Shown here piece by piece: positions 8,286 through 15,204 of a DNA stretch of 15,204 bases. The stretch covers positions 1 to 15,204 of the forward strand of contig MCBF01000001.1 in NCBI GenBank assembly GCA_001742785.1, in the 5' to 3' direction. Every line of letters begins with the position of its first letter. The stretch's first letter is position 1. The position numbers and the translations under genes are program-made. The notes under the pieces were generated by a model. That model made no database searches, had not been told where the DNA came from, and saw only the letters and a list, made by a program, of their open reading frames with translations. This DNA comes from Candidatus Altiarchaeales archaeon IMC4 (GTDB lineage Archaea; Altiarchaeota; Altiarchaeia; IMC4).

Positions 8286-8324
8286 AATATGTAGCGAATT
8301 GCATAATTAATGTACCAATATAAT

Positions 8325-9140
8325 ATGAAAATCCAAGTTGCTCATTCCCCTGACTCGGATGATGCGTTTATGTTTTACGCGCTGGAAGAGAAGAAAATAG
8401 ACACAGGGGGCATAGAATTCCAGGGGGTATTGTCTGACATCGAAACCCTGAACAATAAGGCATTAAACCAGGAGTATGAAGTTACCGCGATTTCATTTCA
8501 CAATTACCCTTACGTTTCAAAGGATTATTACCTTATGTCCTGCGGGGCAAGTATCGGCTATAAATACGGGCCGATCGTTGTTGCGAAATCAGATATGGGT
8601 TTGAAGGGAAAACGAATCGGAGTCCCGGGTGCGATGACAACCGCTTATTTAACGCTCCTTTTGTATGAAAAGGATTTTAATCCGGTGTTCATGGATTTTA
8701 ATGAGATTATAAGCGCTGTTGAAAACAGTGAGGTTGACGCGGGCTTAATAATCCATGAGGGGCAGTTAACGTATGAAAATAATAATTTAATCAAAATTGT
8801 TGACCTCGGTCGGTGGTGGTATGATGAAACGAAATTACCTATGCCTCTCGGATGCAATGTCGTTAAAAAAGAATTGGGCAGGGAACTCGCCTCGAAAATA
8901 ACAGGATTATTAAAAGAAAGTATTTTATACTCCCTCAGCCACCGGAAAGAAGCGCTCGAATACTCGGCGAGATTCGCAAGAGGGCTTGCGAGGGAAAAAA
9001 TAGATAAATTCGTGGGGATGTACGTTAACGAGAGAACCATTGAATACGGAGAAGATGACATTGCGGCGGTGAAACTTCTGCTTGATAGAGGATATGAAGA
9101 AGGGATAATACCAATTAAAACCGAAATTGAGATGGTTTAA
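8325..9140 (+). CDS. mqnD: 1,4-dihydroxy-6-naphthoate synthase
   Basis: AHSPDSDDAFMFYAL, DIETLN, YGPIVV, GLIIHEGQLTY, DLGRWW...LPMPLG and MYVN. The start is placed at ATG 8325 (MKIQVAHSP); 8310 is the alternative. Confidence 0.93.
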   Translation: MKIQVAHSPDSDDAFMFYALEEKKIDTGGIEFQGVLSDIETLNNKALNQEYEVTAISFHNYPYVSKDYYLMSCGASIGYKYGPIVVAKSDMGLKGKRIGVPGAMTTAYLTLLLYEKDFNPVFMDFNEIISAVENSEVDAGLIIHEGQLTYENNNLIKIVDLGRWWYDETKLPMPLGCNVVKKELGRELASKITGLLKESILYSLSHRKEALEYSARFARGLAREKIDKFVGMYVNERTIEYGEDDIAAVKLLLDRGYEEGIIPIKTEIEMV

Positions 9141-10594
9141 TCAAACCCGTAATTCTTCCATTTTCCGCCAACCAATTTTTTGGTTTTTTCATCCATCTCA
9201 ATTACATCTGGCCATTCCCGCGTAAACCCTTCATCCTTCCATTTTTTTGTAGCATCGATCCCCATCTTTGAGCCGATATTTGGAAGATCTGTCGCATGCT
9301 CCAAAACGTCCATCGGCGCGTTTTCAATAAACAGGGTATCCCGTTTAGGGTCAATCCTGTTTGACATAGCCCACAGCACCTCCTCGATATTTTGAACATT
9401 AACATCGGCGTCAAGGACAATAATAACTTTTGTAAACATCATCTGCCCCATACCCCATAAAGAAAGCATTACTTTCTTTGCATGCCCGGGATATTTTTTG
9501 TTTATTGAAACGATACACAGGTTATGGAAAACGCCTTCAATCGGCAGGTTCATGTCAACTATTTCAGGAATCTGCAGTTTTATGAAAGGAAGAAAGATTC
9601 TTTCGGTGGCTTTCCCTATGTACGAGTCTTCCATCGGGGGTTTTCCGACGACTGTTGCCGAGTAAATCGGATTTTTCCTGTGCGTGATGCAGGTTACATG
9701 GAAAACAGGATACATGTCGGAAAGAGAATAGTAGCCGGTGTGGTCCCCGAAAGGACCCTCCAGATGCCGTTCCTTTGGGTTTACATAACCCTCCAACACA
9801 ATCTCAGAACTTGCGGGAACTTCAAGATCAACCGTTTCGCATTTCACCATTTCAACACCTTTTTTTCTCAGGAAGCCGGCGAAAAGCATTTCATCAAAAT
9901 TATCCGGCAGGGGCGCGGTTGCAGCATAGGTTGTTATGGGTTCGGTTCCTATTGCTACTGCGACCTCTAATTTTTGATTTAATTTTTCTGCCTTCCTAAA
10001 GTGTTCGGCACCGTGTTTGTGAACGTGCCAGTGCATACCTGTTGTTTTTTCGTCAAAAACCTGCATCCTGTACATCCCGCAGTTTCTCTCTTTTGTTTCA
10101 GGATCTTTTGTAAAAACAAGCGGCAGGGTTATGAATCTTCCGCCGTCATGTGGCCAGCATTTCAGAATCGGAAATTTATTTAGATTCACATCATGCCAAC
10201 GGATTATAACTTCCTTGCAGGGGCCTGTTCTTACTGTTCTTGGAAAATAAGAGGAGATTTCCTTTAATTTAGATAACATCTTTAATTTATCTGAGATTCC
10301 CTGCGCGTTTGGCAGCTCTTCCTTAATCAGACTTATCATCTCATTGCCGATATCCTCAAGGCAGTCTCTCTCAAGCGCCAGCTTCATCTGCTCAATTGAG
10401 CCGAAAGCATTTGCAAGAACCGGAATCTCCGAACCATTGACATTTTCAAAAAGAAGAGCATGGTCTTTATTTTTTGAATTTCTATCGAGTATTTCCGATA
10501 TTTCAAGTTCGGAAGAAACCTCTGTTTTTATTCGCTTCAGCATTCCTCTTTTTTCAAGAGCATTGATAAAGTCGCGCAGGTCGTTATATGCCAT
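9137..10594 (-). CDS. ubiD: UbiD-family prFMN-dependent decarboxylase, menaquinone (MqnL) type
   Basis: YNDLRDFI, WPHDGGRFITLP, RNCGMYRMQ, EGPFGDHTGYY, GMGQMMFTK and SKMGIDAT; adjacent to the mqn genes. Confidence 0.93.
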   Translation of the reverse strand: MAYNDLRDFINALEKRGMLKRIKTEVSSELEISEILDRNSKNKDHALLFENVNGSEIPVLANAFGSIEQMKLALERDCLEDIGNEMISLIKEELPNAQGISDKLKMLSKLKEISSYFPRTVRTGPCKEVIIRWHDVNLNKFPILKCWPHDGGRFITLPLVFTKDPETKERNCGMYRMQVFDEKTTGMHWHVHKHGAEHFRKAEKLNQKLEVAVAIGTEPITTYAATAPLPDNFDEMLFAGFLRKKGVEMVKCETVDLEVPASSEIVLEGYVNPKERHLEGPFGDHTGYYSLSDMYPVFHVTCITHRKNPIYSATVVGKPPMEDSYIGKATERIFLPFIKLQIPEIVDMNLPIEGVFHNLCIVSINKKYPGHAKKVMLSLWGMGQMMFTKVIIVLDADVNVQNIEEVLWAMSNRIDPKRDTLFIENAPMDVLEHATDLPNIGSKMGIDATKKWKDEGFTREWPDVIEMDEKTKKLVGGKWKNYGFD

Positions 10595-10639
10595 CTTGTT
10601 AATTATTAATACCCTACAAATTAAAGAGGGGCAGGGACA

Positions 10640-11323
10640 ATGGACGAACAGGGGATGGGCAAGACTGAATGGCAGGGCGTTAAGGCCACGCTGTCGGATA
10701 TGGCTGAGGATTACGATGACACAAACAACAAGATTTCACTTGGTATGGTCAATGGATGGAGGACTCGCGCGGCACGCGAAAGCCAAGGAATCGATACTGC
10801 GCTCGAAATCGGCTCAGGCCCGGGGACTCTTGCAGTCAAACTGATGTCCAAAAAAATAATCTGCCTTGACCCTCTGCCAAAGATGCACGATGCGGCAAAA
10901 AGACGAATACCCTCTGATATGCTTGAAAAATTTGAGTTCATTGTCGGCTCAGGCGAGGAAATACCACTTGCAGACGAATCCGTCGATATCGTCTACTGCT
11001 CATTCTCGTTCAGGGATTTTTACGATAAGCAGAAGGGCCTTTCGGAAATCCGCAGGGTTTTGAAGAAAAACGGCAGATTGGTAATCCTTGATATTGGCAA
11101 GCCCGGAAAAATAAGAAATGCGCTCATGCACTTTTACTTCAGGAACGTTGCCCCTATTCTTGCACCAAAAAACAGGCAGCAGATGCGGTGGCTTGCCAAG
11201 ACATATAAGGCGTTCGGAAGCCCGGCGTATTACTCGGATCTTGCGGCAAAAACCGGATTCAAAAAAGTAGATATTAAATCTCTTTGTTTCGGAGCCGCAT
11301 TTATGCTGCTGGCGAAAAAATAG
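10640..11323 (+). CDS. menG: UbiE/MenG-like class I SAM methyltransferase, probable demethylmenaquinone methyltransferase
   Basis: AEDYDDTNNKISLG...WR resembles the UbiE N-terminal motif. It also has motif I LEIGSGPG, EEIPLADESVD and EIRRVLKKNGRLVILD. The substrate is inferred from context. Confidence 0.72.
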   Translation: MDEQGMGKTEWQGVKATLSDMAEDYDDTNNKISLGMVNGWRTRAARESQGIDTALEIGSGPGTLAVKLMSKKIICLDPLPKMHDAAKRRIPSDMLEKFEFIVGSGEEIPLADESVDIVYCSFSFRDFYDKQKGLSEIRRVLKKNGRLVILDIGKPGKIRNALMHFYFRNVAPILAPKNRQQMRWLAKTYKAFGSPAYYSDLAAKTGFKKVDIKSLCFGAAFMLLAKK

Positions 11324-11348
11324 ATAAAACAACCGATACTGAACAAAA

Positions 11349-13046
11349 ATGACAGTCGTTTTCCTGCACCCTCCGTCGATCTATGACTTCAGAAAGTCGC
11401 CGTCGTTCATGGGCCCGATTAGCGATGCGGTGCCTTCCACGCAGATATTCGAGATGTACCCGATGGGGTTTGTCTCGATGGCCCAGTTTCTCGACAAAAA
11501 CGGTTTCAGGACGAGGATTGTGAACCTTGCCCTGAAGATGCTCAACAACCCGAAATTCGATGCCGAAAAGTTTATCGAAAAACTTGACGCAGAGGCATTC
11601 TGCATAGACCTGCACTGGGTCGCCCACGTCCACGGCGCACTCGAAGTGGCAAAGATATGCAAGAGGTTTCACCCCGACACGCCGGTTATCTTCGGCGGCT
11701 TCACATCGACTTATTACCCGGAGGAGATACTCTCGAAATTCCCGCAGGTCGATTTTGTGCTGAAGGGGGACTCGTGCGAGGCGCCTCTTTTGGAACTTAT
11801 GAGGAAGATTGATGGGCAAAAGGACAAAGTCCAGAACCTATCATGGCGCAAAGCAAAAAAAATCAAATCAAACCCGATAAGCCATGTTCCCGATTCATTC
11901 GACGAACTTGTCATCGACCCGAAGTTCCTTTTGAAGTCGATACTCAGGGCGCGGGATGTCGAGGGCCACCTGCCCTACAAGAGCTGGATTGACGACCCTA
12001 TCATGTCGGTCCTGACATCAAAGGGGTGCATCTACAACTGCGTCAATTGCGCAGGTTCTGCCGAATGCTACCGAAGGATCTACAACCGCAAAAAACCGGC
12101 GTTCATGAAGCCGGATGCGATAATCGAGCAGATGTCGCTTAACGAGCAGTACCTATGCGGGCCGTGTTTTTTTCTGAATGACATTCGCATGGGCGGCAAA
12201 AAGTATTACAGAGATGTGTTCGAGAAGATACGCGCCGAGAAATTTGACCCCCCCGTCGTCTTTGAACTGTTCTCTCCCTTGGACAAAGAATTTGCAAAAG
12301 ACCTGTCGCAAACGTTTAACCGCTACAATCTTGAGATGTCGCCTGAGGATTTTTCGGAAACGGTGAGGAAAAACATCGGGAAGGATTACACGAATCGGGA
12401 TGTTGAGATGAGCATCAAAAATGCAAAGGAGCAAAACTGCAACAAGTTCGATTTGTTCTTCATGATAGGGCTTGGCAAACAGACAAGGGAAACAGTCGGA
12501 CAGACCCTTGAGTATATCGACGGGATACTCGGCAGGTTCAACGGCGGCCAAAAGTTCGTCTATCCGTTCATATCACCCTACGCCCCGACCCTTGACCCCG
12601 GATGCATCGCATTTGAGAACCCAAAGAAATACGGATATGAGGTTTTCCACAAGACCCTCGCCGAGCAATACGAGGCGTTCAAGATGCCGTCATGGAAATA
12701 CTTTTTCAATTACAAAACCGAGCACCTTTCGCCTGACGACGTGATCGAGCTCACGTACGAATCCGGCATAAGGCTTTACGAGATAAAGCGCAAGCACGGG
12801 TTGGCATCCGATGCGGACGTCGAAATTGCAAAAAAGCAAGTCTGCATATCGCGGGACATTATGAGAAGGACCGAGGAGATTGTCGGGATGGGTGAAAAAG
12901 AAGGGCATGCTGCCTTGAAATCGCTGAAGTCGGAAATCGACGAAACGATGAAGCCGCTTATGTGCAAGGACTCGGAGCTTAACTGGCCACGCGGGCGAAA
13001 GTCCCTGAAGATGTATGCCCTGAAGTGTCTGAATAAAATCATGTGA
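11349..13046 (+). CDS. B12-binding-domain radical SAM protein (resembles the TIGR04190/Ta0216 family), function unknown
   Basis: N-terminal LHPPSIYDFRK...GPISDAVPSTQIFEMYPMGF, IDLHWVAHVHGA and IFGGFTSTYY (cobalamin-binding-type domain), then KGCIYNCVNC (CxxxCxxC) and LDPG. Family assignment is from memory of these motifs. Confidence 0.82.
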   Translation: MTVVFLHPPSIYDFRKSPSFMGPISDAVPSTQIFEMYPMGFVSMAQFLDKNGFRTRIVNLALKMLNNPKFDAEKFIEKLDAEAFCIDLHWVAHVHGALEVAKICKRFHPDTPVIFGGFTSTYYPEEILSKFPQVDFVLKGDSCEAPLLELMRKIDGQKDKVQNLSWRKAKKIKSNPISHVPDSFDELVIDPKFLLKSILRARDVEGHLPYKSWIDDPIMSVLTSKGCIYNCVNCAGSAECYRRIYNRKKPAFMKPDAIIEQMSLNEQYLCGPCFFLNDIRMGGKKYYRDVFEKIRAEKFDPPVVFELFSPLDKEFAKDLSQTFNRYNLEMSPEDFSETVRKNIGKDYTNRDVEMSIKNAKEQNCNKFDLFFMIGLGKQTRETVGQTLEYIDGILGRFNGGQKFVYPFISPYAPTLDPGCIAFENPKKYGYEVFHKTLAEQYEAFKMPSWKYFFNYKTEHLSPDDVIELTYESGIRLYEIKRKHGLASDADVEIAKKQVCISRDIMRRTEEIVGMGEKEGHAALKSLKSEIDETMKPLMCKDSELNWPRGRKSLKMYALKCLNKIM

Positions 13047-13049
13047 AAA

Positions 13050-14138
13050 ATGGAAAAATACGACGCGATAATCGTTGGCGCAGGCCCGGCGGGTTCAACG
13101 ACTGCAAAGTATGCGGCACAAGGCGGGGCGAATGTCCTGGTCATCGAGCGAAGAGGCGAAATCGGCGTGCCGGTTCACTGCGGGGAGTTTCTGCCGGCCG
13201 AGGACGAGATGAAAAAGCTCTTGCATGATGTTTGCGACTTTGAAATATTTGATATCGGCAAGAACTCCGTTTCGAGAGAAACAGATACCCTGCGGCTTGT
13301 TTCACCATTAGGGAAACGCTTTGACAACGAATTCCATGGCGTTGTTGTCGATAGAAAAATATTCGACAAGCGCTTAGCCGACGATGCAAGGAAGGCAGGC
13401 GCCGAAATAATGACGGGAACGCGGGTTACGGGGATTGACGGCAACAAGGCAGAGACTGACAAGGGCGACTTTTTCGCGGACGTAATCGTGGGCGCCGACG
13501 GCCCGGTTTCAACGGTCGCAAGATTCAAGGGTATGCAGTCCCCGAAAGAGTTGTCCCCATGTTATGGCCGCGAAATCGAGGGGGACTTCGAGCCGGTGGT
13601 CGAGATGCACGTGGGAAGTGTCGCGCCAGGCGGCTACGCATGGATCATACCGAAAAAGAGGTCGGCGAACGTCGGGGTCGGGATACAAAAAAGGTTCTCG
13701 CAAAAATCGCCGAGGGACGTATTCGAGGAGTTCGTTTCAAAGCGCGGGATAGAAGACGAAACCCTTGCGGTTACCGGCGGGCTTGACCCGTGTTCCGGCC
13801 CGATAAGGGAAACCTTGAAGGGGAACACGCTTTTGGTGGGGGATGCCGCAGGGCACGTCATGGCCTCCAACGGCGGGGGGATTCCGATCGCGAGGGTCTG
13901 CGGGAAGATTGCCGGCGAGACGATAGCAAAACACGCCTCAAAAGGAACGCCGCTTTTGAATTACGAAAAGGAGTGGAAGCGGCAGGTCGGCGGGCCGCTT
14001 GCAAATTCCCTGAGGGCAAAGAGGATGGCTGATTTGGTCTTCAGAAATGACAAAATGCTTGACCTGTCGATGAGGATTTTAGGCAAGGGGGGAATCAATA
14101 GGGTCGTTACGTGCAGGCGGGTTTTCGGGATTATTTGA
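13050..14138 (+). CDS. Geranylgeranyl reductase-family FAD-dependent oxidoreductase
   Basis: YDAIIVGAGPAG, ERRGEIGVPVHCGE, DRKIFDKRLA, VGADG, APGGYAWIIPK and LVGDAAG...GGGI. Confidence 0.92.
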   Translation: MEKYDAIIVGAGPAGSTTAKYAAQGGANVLVIERRGEIGVPVHCGEFLPAEDEMKKLLHDVCDFEIFDIGKNSVSRETDTLRLVSPLGKRFDNEFHGVVVDRKIFDKRLADDARKAGAEIMTGTRVTGIDGNKAETDKGDFFADVIVGADGPVSTVARFKGMQSPKELSPCYGREIEGDFEPVVEMHVGSVAPGGYAWIIPKKRSANVGVGIQKRFSQKSPRDVFEEFVSKRGIEDETLAVTGGLDPCSGPIRETLKGNTLLVGDAAGHVMASNGGGIPIARVCGKIAGETIAKHASKGTPLLNYEKEWKRQVGGPLANSLRAKRMADLVFRNDKMLDLSMRILGKGGINRVVTCRRVFGII

Positions 14139-14183
14139 GTTTGGGGTTTCGGCCAGATGATATGCGCTTATGATCAGGAACTG

Positions 14184-14218
14184 ATAGGTGGCTACTTTTT
14201 CTTCTTTTTGTAGTCACC
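14184..14218. repeat. Inverted repeat over the Fic 3' end; possibly also a terminator for the converging operon
   Basis: GGTGGCTAC (14187-14195) and GTAGTCACC (14210-14218) flank a 14-nt T-rich loop with one G.T pair. The left arm is part of ATAGGTGGCTAC (14184-14195) and contains the Fic stop codon. Confidence 0.7.
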
Positions 14219-15148
14219 CAATTCTTTTTTTAGGTTTTCGTATTCTTTTATGTACAATTCTATTGTGGGCTTTAAGTCTTTGCCGAATTCATACGATTGA
14301 AGTGAAGCATAATATTCTACTCTGTTGCCGAAATCTATGTTTATCGGCGGCAGGCCGTGCTTGATAAGTATGTTGTTCAGGAGTATTCTCCCGACCCTGC
14401 CGTTTCCATCCCTGAACGGGTGAATGTTCTCGAATTGGTTGTGAACCGTTGCCCCCAGAACCAATGCAGGGTATTCGGATTTGTTGTTATCGTACCATGA
14501 AATCAGCTCTTTTAGCAAATGGTTTATTCTTGCCTGCGGGGCCCCTTCATGAACGACCTCGCCCATGCCGTCCATAACGACAACTTCTTCCCCCCTCTTT
14601 CGCAGATTTCCTGCAAACGGCATTGAGTTCTTGAAAACAATCTTGTGTATTTGTTTAATGAGTGGTATGGATATATGCTCCTTTGTCGCTCTTATGAACC
14701 TTATCGCCTCATCAACGCCGTACGCCTCTGCAATATCCTCTTTTGATTTGTCGGGCCATTTGTCGGTTTCCAGCAGGTCGTTGACTTCGCTCTGGTTTAA
14801 TTTACTGCCTTCTATCGCATTTGTGTTATATGTGAATATTTCCGAAAACGCCTTCCAGTCCTTTTCCGACAGGTGGACTATTCTTAGGGGAATACTTCGC
14901 TCCAATGCCTTGATCCGGCTTATCTCTTCTTTCGACAATTCAAAATGCAGGGGGCTGCTGACAATCTTATACTTGTGGATTTCTTCAAGAACGAGCTTCT
15001 GCGCGATTTGTTTTCTTTCGTTTAGCTTTTCTTCTGCCAAATCCTGCCCCAGATACTTCCTGAACTTATGGACTTTCACGCCCTCCCTGTAAGAGTGCGC
15101 GAGATAATACTTAATTTTATTCCCGGCTTTTCGTTTTTCTATGTGCAT
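14192..15148 (-). CDS. Fic-family protein (class II, auto-inhibited) with a basic N-terminal extension
   Basis: Canonical catalytic loop HPFRDGNGRVGR and an upstream inhibitory (S/T)xxxE(G/N) motif, TNAIEG. Confidence 0.94.
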   Translation of the reverse strand: MHIEKRKAGNKIKYYLAHSYREGVKVHKFRKYLGQDLAEEKLNERKQIAQKLVLEEIHKYKIVSSPLHFELSKEEISRIKALERSIPLRIVHLSEKDWKAFSEIFTYNTNAIEGSKLNQSEVNDLLETDKWPDKSKEDIAEAYGVDEAIRFIRATKEHISIPLIKQIHKIVFKNSMPFAGNLRKRGEEVVVMDGMGEVVHEGAPQARINHLLKELISWYDNNKSEYPALVLGATVHNQFENIHPFRDGNGRVGRILLNNILIKHGLPPINIDFGNRVEYYASLQSYEFGKDLKPTIELYIKEYENLKKELGDYKKKKK

Positions 15149-15157
15149 AATAATACT

Positions 15158-15201
15158 TAGGTGACTACATATTTAAATTTTTTTGTTATAGGTGGCTACA
15201 T
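15158..15201 (-). promoter_or_regulatory. Fic promoter (BRE/TATA) flanked by two 13-bp direct repeats
   Basis: TAGGTGACTACAT (15158-15170) and TAGGTGGCTACAT (15189-15201) have a 31-bp period. Between them the minus strand reads AAAAAAATTTAAATA, with the TATA at 15170-15177, 22-29 nt upstream of the ATG. Confidence 0.75.
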
Positions 15202-15204
15202 TCG

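Noticed and set aside
10344..10844. 166-aa ORF spanning the ubiD/menG gap, and other short ORFs overlapping the called genes
   Set aside because: They overlap well-supported CDSs, are Ser/Arg-rich shadow translations and show no motifs.
14565..15092. 175-aa antisense ORF as a Fic antitoxin
   Set aside because: It is a typical antisense shadow, and the Fic protein already carries its own inhibitory motif, TNAIEG.

Overview
Compact archaeal chromosomal window. It contains a proteasome alpha subunit, an archaeal-type geranylgeranyl reductase (GGR) family gene and TATA-like boxes close to start codons. Left to right: trpE on the minus strand, cut by the window edge and missing from the ORF track; psmA; a VirB11/FlaI-type pilus ATPase; a DUF116 membrane protein; an AT-richer futalosine-pathway menaquinone block (UbiA/MqnP, mqnA, mqnE, mqnC, mqnD, UbiD/MqnL); an operon of a MenG/UbiE-like methyltransferase, a B12-binding radical SAM enzyme and a GGR; and a class II Fic gene. 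Three signals stand out. (1) A ~180-nt in-frame insertion in trpE (499-679) is made almost entirely of nested inverted repeats that could fold into three stacked three-way junctions with related stem sequences. (2) The Fic gene and its promoter are bracketed by a perfect 12-bp direct repeat, with further copies beside the TATA box and inverted at the gene end. (3) The methyltransferase/radical SAM/GGR operon beside the mqn genes is a candidate quinone-tailoring module. All family calls come from motif recognition by eye; no database search or folding calculation was run.
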